DNA of 61,472 nt from Nemertoderma westbladi (lineage: Eukaryota > Animalia > Xenacoelomorpha): assembly GCA_032718475.1 (NCBI GenBank), contig JAUCBJ010006934.1:1-61472 (forward strand). The letters run 5' to 3'. Below the pieces are notes generated by a model. It was given only the letters and a program-made list of their open reading frames with translations. It was not told the origin of the DNA and made no database searches. Below are positions 25,874 to 37,140 of the stretch, piece by piece. Numbering within the stretch: position 1 is the stretch's first letter; the number at the start of each line of letters is the position of its first letter. The translations under genes and the position numbers were made by a program.

Positions 25874-27014
25874 TGATTCGCTTGCTAGTCCTGGGTTTGC
25901 TGGGTCTCAAATTGAGTCTGATCTCTGCAGTCATGATTCTGTGGTCAAACCAATTAGGCTGAACGAGCTGTATGCCTCGCAGTTAATCATGCTGTTTCTC
26001 CACTTTTTGTTGATAAGAATGTAAGCCAGCTGAAATCCGATGTTCTTGGATACAGATGTTGTTGATTTTATATTCCGTTGCCAGAGCTGTGACCCTTGTT
26101 GCTATGATCTTTTGGAGTGTGTGTGTGTGTTCATTGTAGCGATATGTAGTGTCTTTTTACATTTCAACAGGTTGGTTCTTCTTTCTTCTCTGTCTTATGT
26201 TCCAGTTACCGATTTTTCGATTCAGGCCTGGTGTGCCTGCACCACTGAGGGACGCGGTCCTTGTTGACCCGGGTGACGACCGAGCCGTTATTTCTCCTGG
26301 AGGGTTCTCATTCTCATATCTTTCAGTTGTGCGAATAAACCGGTTGTGGTCGCAACTCCTACAAGCATCTTCACAGGAGGCCGCCATTGTTTGATTACAT
26401 TCAATCTTCCGTCGACCTTGTCTACATGGCTAGCCATTGGTTGATTACCTTTCATTGACCTTGTCTGCATGTCTAGCCATTGATTGATTACCATCCGCCT
26501 ATCTATGGCCTACCCTACAGCCCTTCAGTACTTTTGTTATGCAGCAAGCCAAGTGTGTGCTTCCAAGGTTAGGTTACCTAACACTGATAGAGGAGTATCC
26601 AGTATTACCATTGTGCTAGACAATAACTATTAAAAACTATTAAAACTATTACAAAGTATATTTCAATATATTGATACTATATACTGTAGTATTAATATAT
26701 TTATTTGAATACCCACACAGTAAATGTTGTCTTACGGTTTGCTCGGAAGTTACACATTCTTTTAATTAAGGCACAAATATATTGATTAGTAAAGTAACAC
26801 CTTCTCGGCGCCTCACTCATATTATTATCCTTGTCACATTGTCACATACTCACATAATCACTACTAACACCCTAGAGGCAACCACCTTCTAGCTCCGGCT
26901 TCTGTGTTGCCTCCATTTCCTCGTTCTATCATCCATCATACACACTGGCCACGTCTATAATTATAATATAATATTATGGTTTGTAGTGTATCTGAATGAA
27001 ATGTATCTGGTGGT

Positions 27015-28725
27015 GGGTGTTTGAAAAAGGTGGACTGGACACAGAAAACATGGACAATGGACAGACCAATCAGGGGCGATTTGCGTCACACAGCATGTCC
27101 ACCTTTTTCAGCTTTGTTGTCCACCTTTTTCAAATTTGAATAAGATGGACTGGGTTGAGCAATGAATTGACCAATCAGATTGATTAGCACATTATAGCAG
27201 CTCTGTCCACGTTTTTCAAAACATTTCAGAAGGTTTTTATGGATTATTATTGTTATTATTATCCCATACTTACTGTGACCAACCGAAGTTGTCGAAATAG
27301 GCCTACAGTAGTTCAATAATATGGGGCGAGCCACGCGAAGTCTGTGAGCTGAGCCTTACAGCCTTAGCATAAATATTTGAACGTCAATATTCTAACTCAT
27401 TACAGTATAAAGTTAATTATAATAACTACCTATTGTACTGTGAGGGAAATATAATGATCCCGAGATCTGTTATTAAACGACCCAGCGCAGCGAGGGAGGT
27501 AAATAAGTCCCCATATTTTGGGAGTGGCGGTCCGAAACCCTAATTCAAAGTGGAAATGGAGGCCCTAAACGTTAATGTGGTACCGGTAGATAAACTTTTT
27601 AATAATATATCATATAAATAAATAATTTTTTTTTATTACTAGCTATTTTAAATTTAAGAAATAACAAGCTACTGAGCTATATGTTCTATAACATTATATT
27701 TTTTTTATGTTCTGGAATAGTATATAATACATTTATATTGTTCTAGAACTCTTCAATGTTGCCATAGTAACAATGACATAAGTTTTAAAAATGCAGTTCT
27801 AAACGGAACTGTTACCGAAATATCTGGCCCTGCCAGCAGTACGAACTTGTTGTTGAACTTGTTGTTGGATAGTTGTCGAACTATCTTTATAACAAATTTC
27901 GTAGCATTTGAATATTGAAATTTTAAAAAATAAGGGTCTCTGACATGTTTAAAATGTTTCGCATATATTCCTACTGTACACACAGTACAGTAGTAAATAT
28001 ACCGATAGTTAATGTAGGGCCTACAGTAGTAATTATTATACCTGCGGTACCTGGGTACGGGTAAATAACTTGACTATCATCACTACTTAACTAAACGTGA
28101 ATTAAAACTATCATGTAACCCGCCAACCTTAAATATTTTTGATCCTAAATTCCACAAAATTTCTTAGATTTGAGCATCGGGTTACATAGGGTTACTAATG
28201 ACAGTTTTAATTAGGGTTTGGGCCTGACCAACTAAACCAACAACAAAAATAAACCAATAAATCTAAGCTAAAGTGCTGTACGGTACACTAGACCTCCTAT
28301 TATTATACTGGGTACAGGGTAGTATACAGGGGAGTCAGGTAAGTCTATAGGGGGGCAATCCGCGCGGGGGGGGGGGGGGGTAGATACGCCTAGGACACCG
28401 ACAGCATTCTTAATGCAGCTGCTTCCAGCAGCATACCGATTATAGATAGATAATTGAAACCTGAAAAAGGTGGACATTCCAATCACTAATAAATAGCTGC
28501 TTTAATACGTTTCTGATTGGTCAGACTATTATCTATGTTTTTTGTGCATGTGTCCAGTCCACCTTTTTCAAACACACATCATATTCCCAATTATGTAATT
28601 AAGAAAGCGAAAACTTGAAAAAGGTGGACAAACCAATCGCTACAAACTGCTTTGCTTAATACGTTTCTGATTGGTCTGTCCATTGTCCATGTTTTCTGTG
28701 TCCAGTCCACCTTTTTCAAACACCC
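27015..28725. mobile_element. Non-autonomous Mutator-like (MULE) DNA transposon
   Basis: 59-bp perfect TIRs starting GGGTGTTTGAAAAAGGTGGAC; 9-bp TSD tctggtggt (27006-27014, 28726-28734); subterminal AAAAAGGTGGAC repeats; no transposase. Confidence 0.85.
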
Positions 28726-28870
28726 TCTGGTGGTGGGTGAAGAAACGCTTGGAAATTAAAAAGATTGATTGATTGTATAGACAGACGGAAGTGCAATAAT
28801 ATTGCATAGATTCATACCTAAGGCTTTGCCATCAATGGTGCCCTAGACACTGTAACCTTTGATGACTCCT

Positions 28871-29130
28871 TTATTTGATGGGGCTTACAAACCCACTCTA
28901 TGATGCACTATTGGTCACTAATGATCAATAGGCTACTGGTGTTGAACGGGCTGGCCTACTGGGCTGACAGTACAGTACCACATTTCTGCCATAATTGTTA
29001 TTTGATGGGGCTTACAAACCCACTCTATGATGCACTCACTATTGGTCACTAAATGATCAATAGGCTACTGGTGTTGAACGGGCTGGCCTACTGGGCTGAC
29101 AGTACAGTACCACATTTCTGCCATAATTGT
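28871..29130. repeat. Tandem duplication of ~130 bp
   Basis: ttatttgatggggcttacaaaccc...ctgccataattgt occurs twice. Confidence 0.9.
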
Positions 29131-29174
29131 AGCAGGATCTGGGGACCCTGAGCTATATAATAATTATTATACAT

Positions 29175-29177
<3 letters not shown>

Positions 29178-29207
<30 letters not shown>

Positions 29208-29445
29208 TTGATTATTTATATAGCGCTTTATTATGCTCGGCATACTCAAAGCGCTTTTATTATCATTACCCAAAGCCAGGTTCCCATTATACCGCTGGGT
29301 TGACGTAGGCACTAATGTCTAAAGTGTCTTGCCAAGGGACACAACAATGCGAAATTTCTACAGCCTTTAGTCGGATTCGAACCTGCACCACCAAACACTA
29401 TTGTGTAAGCAGTTCAGGCGCCGTATCCACTCGGACACTGCGACA
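29178..29445 (-). mobile_element. tRNA-derived SINE with L2-like tail and (TTA)n end
   Basis: A box TGTCCGAGTGG, B box GGTTCGAATCC, central gtgtcccttggcaagacactt, 3' agcgctttgag..aaagcgctatataaat. Confidence 0.85.
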
Positions 29446-29614
29446 CAATACATATATTATATTACATATAATTATTAACTTTTATATATAATATATATAA
29501 AGAGATTATTAGTTAGTTATAGTTATATTTTTGAAATGAGTCGAACCAAAACAAATCAAATTATTTTGCACATATTTGTTTACTTTTTGTAATTTTTACA
29601 CCACCTAGCAAGCA

Positions 29615-31843
29615 ATGGCTGCATCTGAGAATCCATATCAAATTTCCAAAGAAGGTCTCAAGATATGTTTGATTGTTAACATCACGGATTACAAGGACAA
29701 TTCAAGACATCCTGGTTCCAAATACGATGTAGATTTCATAAATAGGGTATTTGGAAATGGGTTAGGCTGCAAAATAGTCCACTTTTTACCTCATCTCAAT
29801 GGCACAATTACTCGCAGTAATATGATAAATGGCCTGGATGATTTTCGCAACCAAACATTGCTTAGAGAAATTGAATGTCTTTTTATTTTTATCTTGGGTC
29901 ATGGAGCACATGGAGCAATCATTTGTTCTGATGAGCAAGAAATAATCATAAAAGACATCGTCAGAAAATTTGCCAATGAATGTTTGTCTCTAAATAACCC
30001 ACCAAAACCTCGTGTCATCTTCATTGAAGCTTGTCAAGGAAAAACAACATCTACTGACATGAATGAGAACTATATAAATCTCAATTATCCAATGTTTAAC
30101 CACATTGCAGTAGCAATGGGATGTAGTCCAGGTGAAAAACTCCCTCTCTACAGCAATCAGGGCTCTCCATTCGTAAATCTTGTGTGCGGCACCATCGATA
30201 CTATTCTAAAGACTCACACTTATGGAGACATAAAGACTTCTCTATTTAGTAAATTAAAAATTGAACCTATTAGGTATGGAAACAATATGACGTCACAACC
30301 AGTAGTAATTGATAATTTATTGCAATCTTTAAATTTTATTGACTTTGTTCAAACACTTTCTGTATTTAATCTCGATATCCATTCAGATGAGGTTCACTAC
30401 TTCCCAGATAAGCTGCGTTACTTGACTTGTGGCCCAAACGGAATTGGAATATTTAGTAAATGTTCTCGAAATTTGGTAGATAATCTACCTATCCCAGGTG
30501 GAGTAACTTATGTAACGAATTGCGCCATTTCACACAATGGCCAGAGAATAGCGGCTTGTACACAGGATTGCCGAATACTGGTATGGAATCTAAATGACAT
30601 CTGGGAGGTTATATTCAATATTTCAAAAAGTTCACTGAGATTTCCTTCCTCCAAACTTCACAGAATTATATTCCACCCATCAAATCATTCCAATATTGCG
30701 ACATGTTACTCTGATGGGAGTAGTACAATTATACATCTTCACCCGGAGATCAAAAATCAGATTTGGAAGTCCCATGACAAGGCAGTACTCGATATTATGT
30801 ACTCACCTGATGGGAGCAAACTCGCCTCCTGTTCTAAAGATAGACTAATCAAAATCTGGAAAGTAGATGGAGTGCCAATCCAAGAACCACAATGGTTAGA
30901 TACTCATTCCTATCATAATATGGCTGTGCTGAGTATCAAATGGACACCTGATGGGAGATACATTATCTCATCGAGTGATGGACACACGTCGGTTTATTGT
31001 TATGATGTAGAATGCAGAAAATTGATGTGGAAATCAAATATTAGCGCAACCTGTATTACTGTACATGAGAAAGGAAATCTAGTGGCTATTGGAGGAGGGC
31101 CAATAATAAAGGTGTTGGAAGTAAATACTGGCAAATCAATTCGTTCAATTAAGGCGGAAGGGAGGGTAAATCTCAACAATATAGAATTTGGGGGAAATAA
31201 ACTCCTAAATTCGTGGAGCAATAATCTTGTTAAAGAATATGATATTGAAAAAACGATAGAATCTAATTCCAAATTGAATAGCATAGTATTCCCAGTGAAA
31301 CAAAAAAATCATGTGGTTATATCAGGCTCAACAACTACAACAATAACTTTAAACTTTAGAAATACATCCATTCAAGTTACTGAATATAAACTGAAAATTA
31401 ACGAAATTTATACAAGTAACAATGAAGAAATTTTTAACATCATTGATGGAGGAACTAAGGAATACACTATAGAGGGTTTAAATCCAGGAATATTGTATGG
31501 AATATCAATATCAGCATTTGATACTGGAAGTAGAGAAATATTGACTAACAGAGTTGTACAAAGGGTTGTAATCAAACCATGTAAACCTCAATTAAATAGC
31601 CAACAAGTAATATGTGATACTCATAGCTATGAATTAACATGGACTCTTTCAAAGGGAATGTTTACCCATCAAATGATTTGTGTTAAACCAGGTAGCATGT
31701 CCGCATTCTTCCCATTAGTGGTTCTATATGCAGAAAAACAATACCCTAGTAAATATCCATTAGATGATCTAAGACCAGGACTAATATACAACTGGTTTGT
31801 TTTTTTTTTTTTTTTTTTTGATTGGGTGAGAATGATAGTATAA
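29615..31843 (+). CDS. Caspase (peptidase C14) + WD40 repeats + FN3; 5' part of an interrupted gene
   Basis: CLIVNI..PGSKYD, catalytic His ILGHG, catalytic Cys IFIEACQG, GSPFV; WD40 HDKAVLDIMYSPDGSKLASCSKDRLIKIWK; FN3 GLNPGILYGISISA. The last 14 codons read into the insertion. Confidence 0.88.
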   Translation: MAASENPYQISKEGLKICLIVNITDYKDNSRHPGSKYDVDFINRVFGNGLGCKIVHFLPHLNGTITRSNMINGLDDFRNQTLLREIECLFIFILGHGAHGAIICSDEQEIIIKDIVRKFANECLSLNNPPKPRVIFIEACQGKTTSTDMNENYINLNYPMFNHIAVAMGCSPGEKLPLYSNQGSPFVNLVCGTIDTILKTHTYGDIKTSLFSKLKIEPIRYGNNMTSQPVVIDNLLQSLNFIDFVQTLSVFNLDIHSDEVHYFPDKLRYLTCGPNGIGIFSKCSRNLVDNLPIPGGVTYVTNCAISHNGQRIAACTQDCRILVWNLNDIWEVIFNISKSSLRFPSSKLHRIIFHPSNHSNIATCYSDGSSTIIHLHPEIKNQIWKSHDKAVLDIMYSPDGSKLASCSKDRLIKIWKVDGVPIQEPQWLDTHSYHNMAVLSIKWTPDGRYIISSSDGHTSVYCYDVECRKLMWKSNISATCITVHEKGNLVAIGGGPIIKVLEVNTGKSIRSIKAEGRVNLNNIEFGGNKLLNSWSNNLVKEYDIEKTIESNSKLNSIVFPVKQKNHVVISGSTTTTITLNFRNTSIQVTEYKLKINEIYTSNNEEIFNIIDGGTKEYTIEGLNPGILYGISISAFDTGSREILTNRVVQRVVIKPCKPQLNSQQVICDTHSYELTWTLSKGMFTHQMICVKPGSMSAFFPLVVLYAEKQYPSKYPLDDLRPGLIYNWFVFFFFFFDWVRMIV

Positions 31844-32264
31844 TAACATAGTTGATACAATGGATTTCAAATTGCACTATTACACCCTATCACCAAATCT
31901 GATTTATACAATGAGGTACAGTGATACGGATGTAAGGGGGAAATTCAAAACAGTTGGTTGTTTATGTTGTAGGCCTACTGGTCAGCTATTGTAGGCCTGT
32001 ACGACTGCGCTGTACTACCAGGCTACGGCTCAGTGTCGGCGTTGTCCAACCGAATGGAGGCATCAGACACTGGACAATGAACCGGCCGTTTAGAGGCTGA
32101 CCTACAACCTCGAAGGCAGAGCAGGGAGGAACGAAGCAACGCGAAGTTTAACTTGCGCCGGATCCACGTGACGCATTCCGAGTACCTGACCTCGCGTTTG
32201 TCCGCGAGCTTCTGTCCCAGGCGCTTAACAAACTGGCGCGTGGTCGGCGCCATCCCGCCAATCT
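31801..32264 (-). mobile_element. 5'-truncated CRE-like (RLE) non-LTR retrotransposon insertion
   Basis: Poly(A) tail (T run at 31800-31819); TSD ctggtttgt (31792-31800, 32265-32273); GGMAP..FVKRL..YSECVTWIRRKLNFALLRSSLLCLRGCRS resembles the CRE-clade C-terminus. Confidence 0.85.
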
Positions 32265-32298
32265 CTGGTTTGTAACAAGTATCTCAAAATACAGAGGT

Positions 32299-35200
32299 AT
32301 GGATGAAGTTGAAAGTGAACATTCAGATGTTGGAACCTTTTATGTGAAATCAATATGTCCTTTAAACATCATTGTTGATAATATCTCAGCAACATCATGT
32401 AGAATATCGTGGGAGTATAGCGATTCAATGGTTCTTGGAGTTTATATGTATTTTAAAGAAAAAGAATCACAAAATATTAAATTAATTAATATAAATATTG
32501 ATAATGTGAACTCTAAATATTTTATAATAGAAGATTTATCTCCAGGAACTCAGTATATATTATATATGACGACAGTTGGAGAATATAACAAAGAAAGTGA
32601 CAAAAGTAATAATGTAGAATTTAATACCAATGCATCTGCCCCAATAATAAGAATTGAAAAGAATATTCTCAAGTTGAAACAACAAAAATGGAAAGTTAAA
32701 AACTACATATTTAAATATATATCAGAAGATGGTACAGAAAATAAAAAAGATATCTCTACAACAAGAGTCCATAATTTAGAATTGTATAAGTATTTGACAC
32801 CTGGTAGCTCTTATGATATAAGTGTAGGAGCACAGTCTCAATATGGTAATATAGAATATTCGGATATCATGCATGTTGATTGCAACCCTGATCCACCTTG
32901 TAATATATCTGAGATGACTAATATTTCGTCACAACCTGAAAATAAAAGTATAACATTTACCTGGGAGAAACCAACTAAGGGCTTATGTGATCATTACAGC
33001 ATCAATGTTTTCAAATTACATATAAATGGGAAAGAATATCAGAAAATATCAGAAAACATAATCACATCAGATCCAACATATGAATTAAATGTTATACCAT
33101 CAACATTATACAAGCTGGTAGTGTTTTCTGTGAGTTCATCAGGGGCATTCAGTCAAGGTATAGAACATATAGCCTTGTCTTCACCACTGCCTGTAAAAGA
33201 TTTAAAATTTAGTTCAACTAATGAAAGATTAAAAACAAATTTAAAGTGGATCACTCCAGATTGTCAAATATCGTACTATAATATTTATCATGGATCTAAG
33301 GGTAAACATTTACAAGTAATTTCTACAGCTTCAAGGTTATCCAGTGATACAACAACATTTACTTACAATGACGCCGCATGTGGAATTCTATCAATATATC
33401 GAGTTGAGACGGTATTTAGAACTAATAGCATAACTGGAAAAACATATGTAAAGAAAAATTATTGTGACTTTGAGTTTATCGAAGAACCACCAATCCCTAA
33501 AGAGTTACAACTCAGATTTATTGCATCAAAAATTATTGAGTTAGAATGGCGGAAGCCAAATGATCGGAATTCATATTATTCCCACTTTAATGTCTATGTT
33601 AGTAAGCTTCATGAAGAACCACTGTCACAAACTCTTCAACTGGAAGATACAAAAAATAAATGCAGAATAAATTTATCACAAATTGAACCTGGTTACTGTT
33701 ATAAGGTTGGTGTTTCGTGCTTGGCTTGGCATGCAGAAGATAATATGAAAGAAGGGCAGCATGTTAATAAGATGCTTACCCTTCCGCCTGCTCCTGTAGA
33801 TAATGTTTATGTCTGTGACCTTACCAAGGAATCTTGTGTCATTCAATGGGAATATAATACTGGGTATTACAAAGGTGTAAATATAGAAATCATTGACGAG
33901 AGAACCAACGAATATATCATATTCCCTTGTAAGTCATATTCCTTAACAAACCTTCAACCAGGTACTAAATATACAGCTAAATTAGTTCCTGTCGGTGAAA
34001 ATGATGTAAAAGGTAGAGCGGTAACACTTGAATTTATTACAAAGCCCGGTCAACCTGATAATTTTGAAATTATAGAAGTAGATGGAAAAGTGTTTGCAAA
34101 ATGGAAAAAATCGACGTGGGCAGTTGTTGAATACATATTACAGTACCGTTCTCAGGGGGAGTTGGAATGGAAAACTATAAGCCCTGTTCCTATTGCAACT
34201 AATGGATGTGAAACCAGAAATCTTGAAAGTTACTTCGATGACTATGAAACTGTATATGAGGTTCGATTTGGGAATAGTAATGGAAATGAAATTGCCTATA
34301 CAGAGGGGCAAATAATTGTGCGAGAAGTACAAAGTCCATACGATTTTGTTGTAGATGAATTCTACAATAATGATGATAATCAAATGGCAGTAATTTCATG
34401 GCAACAACCCAGAAAGAAGAGCGAATCTCAAGTATCATTATCTATAATCCATACAGCTGAAATCAATTGCCTCACGAACAATTCCATAGTAGAAAATATT
34501 ACTGATATTGAAAGTGATCGTATCTCACTTGTAACTCAACCATCACATACATACTCTATAAATATACGCGCATACAACAAAGTTGTTGATAAATTCAGTA
34601 AGAGTATAATCCATCAATTTATTGCTAAACCATTAAACCCATCTGGTTTAGCTATCCAGGAGCTGCCTCGTGGTAAATTACTTCTAAATTGGGATAAACC
34701 AAACTGTGAAGTTAATTATTATAAAATTGCTCAATCAGAACCCCCATTTGATAATGTTAATTTTACAATGAATACAACGGAAACATCCATAGAGATTTCG
34801 ATTGATTTTTCTGTGATAATTATGCGTTTCTATGTAAAATCCGTAATGTCTTCCACCTTGAAAGGTGTTCTTGAAACTGATAGTGATCCCCCAACATTTA
34901 TTAATGTTGTTCGTTCTCCTGGTCCACCAAGAAACCTTGAATGTGAAGTAGAGAATTCAAGAGATATTGGATTATCATGGGAACCAGCCAATAATTCAAA
35001 CGAATTTGAATTGATTGTAAAGAACACAGTTACAGGTGATTCAATTACCAAAGTTTTGCAGCAATCAGAATGTGTGCACACTCTAACTGACAACATTCCA
35101 GGCACAGGATATATTATATCAGCCATATCATTACCGCTTCTAACAATTAATGATGATTATTTCAGGATCAAAAACAGGCAATCATGTGACCGTCAAGTAA

Positions 35201-35814
35201 CTATGATACCTGAACCTCCTGTGTCTTTACGCTTTGAAGCTGGAGTAACCTCGGTTGAAGTTTGGGTAGAAGGACCTAAAACGACATTCTCAGGATATCA
35301 TATGGATTTGCTAACTTACTCTTACCGATATCTTGATTATATAAAAGAAAGGTCAAGGGGGTGGGAAATCAAAGATAAATACTCTATTGATAATCTGAAG
35401 CCATCAACCACATACTATTTGAGATGTTACACAGTATCCGATGACAAAATAAGTATGAATTGTATAGAAAAGGAAATGACAACTCGCAATAAGTCAGTTA
35501 CCATTGAATACTCTTGGAAATCACCAACAGAACTATCGCTATCTGCAACATACGAAGATAGACCTAATAATATTAAAGTTTCATTCTTTGATGAAAACGG
35601 CAAACCAACAAATATCCGAGAAAGAGAGTTAAAATGGAATAGAATGGGCTTTTACAATACGGCATCGTCAGACTCTATTATTGTAACCAATGCTCCCTCG
35701 AAGTTTGTAGCAAAACTCGAAGCAAAAGCAAAGGATAAATCAATAATTCGAACAGATGAGCTTGTGATAGTGAGTAATCTTCCTATAAAAGAGAGAAGGA
35801 CTTCAATGGTCTAG
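32299..35814 (+). CDS. Fibronectin type III repeat array; 3' part of the caspase-WD40-FN3 gene
   Basis: Repeated W...L.PGT.Y motifs (LSPGTQY, LTPGSSY, IEPGYCY, LQPGTKY, LKPSTTY); in frame with 29615 once the insertion is removed. Confidence 0.88.
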   Translation: MDEVESEHSDVGTFYVKSICPLNIIVDNISATSCRISWEYSDSMVLGVYMYFKEKESQNIKLININIDNVNSKYFIIEDLSPGTQYILYMTTVGEYNKESDKSNNVEFNTNASAPIIRIEKNILKLKQQKWKVKNYIFKYISEDGTENKKDISTTRVHNLELYKYLTPGSSYDISVGAQSQYGNIEYSDIMHVDCNPDPPCNISEMTNISSQPENKSITFTWEKPTKGLCDHYSINVFKLHINGKEYQKISENIITSDPTYELNVIPSTLYKLVVFSVSSSGAFSQGIEHIALSSPLPVKDLKFSSTNERLKTNLKWITPDCQISYYNIYHGSKGKHLQVISTASRLSSDTTTFTYNDAACGILSIYRVETVFRTNSITGKTYVKKNYCDFEFIEEPPIPKELQLRFIASKIIELEWRKPNDRNSYYSHFNVYVSKLHEEPLSQTLQLEDTKNKCRINLSQIEPGYCYKVGVSCLAWHAEDNMKEGQHVNKMLTLPPAPVDNVYVCDLTKESCVIQWEYNTGYYKGVNIEIIDERTNEYIIFPCKSYSLTNLQPGTKYTAKLVPVGENDVKGRAVTLEFITKPGQPDNFEIIEVDGKVFAKWKKSTWAVVEYILQYRSQGELEWKTISPVPIATNGCETRNLESYFDDYETVYEVRFGNSNGNEIAYTEGQIIVREVQSPYDFVVDEFYNNDDNQMAVISWQQPRKKSESQVSLSIIHTAEINCLTNNSIVENITDIESDRISLVTQPSHTYSINIRAYNKVVDKFSKSIIHQFIAKPLNPSGLAIQELPRGKLLLNWDKPNCEVNYYKIAQSEPPFDNVNFTMNTTETSIEISIDFSVIIMRFYVKSVMSSTLKGVLETDSDPPTFINVVRSPGPPRNLECEVENSRDIGLSWEPANNSNEFELIVKNTVTGDSITKVLQQSECVHTLTDNIPGTGYIISAISLPLLTINDDYFRIKNRQSCDRQVTMIPEPPVSLRFEAGVTSVEVWVEGPKTTFSGYHMDLLTYSYRYLDYIKERSRGWEIKDKYSIDNLKPSTTYYLRCYTVSDDKISMNCIEKEMTTRNKSVTIEYSWKSPTELSLSATYEDRPNNIKVSFFDENGKPTNIRERELKWNRMGFYNTASSDSIIVTNAPSKFVAKLEAKAKDKSIIRTDELVIVSNLPIKERRTSMV

Positions 35815-35917
35815 GGTATGTATGACTGATCACCTGATCTATTCTTAAGCTTTAATGAAATGGAAATCGCCATGATAAATAAAATAGACGACCATAAAGA
35901 TGCTTCTAGAATATTAC

Positions 35918-36008
35918 TACAGTACTACTAGGATCGGCATGCTGCATTGCAGCTGCATTTTTAAGAATTCTGTGCCGGCTTATCGACAAAATTGCACCGC
36001 CACAACTC
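35918..36008 (-). mobile_element. Short RTE LINE 3' tail
   Basis: Reverse complement of the 21405-21493 tail. Confidence 0.75.
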
Positions 36009-37140
36009 ACTAGAATATTAACTTAATAAGGAACCTCCTCGAGCGCCTCAATGGAAGAGGAAATATTGAAATTGTTTAGATATTAGTACTATTAGTATTA
36101 CTAGTAGTATTAGTATTAATAGTTTACAACTAGAAATATATTTAGGGGGGGGGGGGGGGGGGGGGTAACTCGAGAACTAAACGAGATCTCTAAGCAGTTT
36201 TGGGATTTGAACTCCTCTATATCAAATAAAAAACATAAATTTTAAATTAATTTAGAAACAGTTTACATTTATTGCCTTAATATTATCAATCATAACGATA
36301 GGCAATTTATATTTTAATAATTAGATGTTGTAATTTATGAGTATTATATGACACTATATATTAATTAATATTGTGCTGAGGTAGATTTAATATGTTGTTA
36401 TTTATATAATATAACATGAAATAACTTTGTTAACCTTTAATTCAATGCAGATTTCTACTGCACGTATCACACGTGCTTCGCGCAGCACGAGACTGCATAC
36501 GTACCAAGTTTAGTATAATATCATAAATGAATGCCTTACTGATTTCGGTTTTAATCAAAAGTCTGAAACTACCGGTACCGACAAAAGTCTGAAACTACCG
36601 ATACCGACTGACAGATTGTCTCATTTATTACCAAACTTTAGATTCTTTATAATCTTTTGACGGACTACATACGTACCAAGTTTGCTTTAATTTCATCCTC
36701 ATAAATTAAACGGCGACAGACGACGACGTCGACAGACAACTTGTTAATGGTACCCATATTCGAAGTAAGCTTCGCTTACTTCGTGGCTCGCCCCACAGGC
36801 AATTAATTCGGGTTGTTCTGAGTTGCTTATCTTCTTGAAGAGGCGGTATGGTTAATTAGAACCTCGTAAAATCCGGCTTACCTTAAAATTCCTGTAATAT
36901 TTAATTAAAACTAGCTAAAAATTTATGTATAAAGACCGAAGAAGATTAATTACTCGTTGGTAAATAATTATTACTCAGTAAAATTGCCTTTTTAGTCAAC
37001 TTGATAACCGAAGAATCAGGAAGAAAGATTGGTCTTTCTCCTATAAATGCGTGGATATAACTGATACAAGTGAAACATAGATAGAAAAATAGAACTTGGT
37101 CCTTCGACATATACTGTACAACATTTATATATATATATAA

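Larger units (their letters stand above)
24620..26600 (-). mobile_element. Degenerate RTE-type LINE 5' half (5' UTR, endonuclease, linker)
   Basis: IGNWNIR endonuclease start near 26200; DWEKLR..QNRFEALQ linker at 24925-25188; interrupted at 25310-25873. Confidence 0.65.

Noticed and set aside
25640-29445. tRNA genes
   Set aside because: The A/B boxes belong to SINE heads with bodies and tails; no full cloverleaf evident.
37097-37107. TGGTCCTTCGA, a typical tRNA-Tyr PBS of BEL elements
   Set aside because: Only 11 nt, not preceded by an LTR-like CA end or followed by gag.
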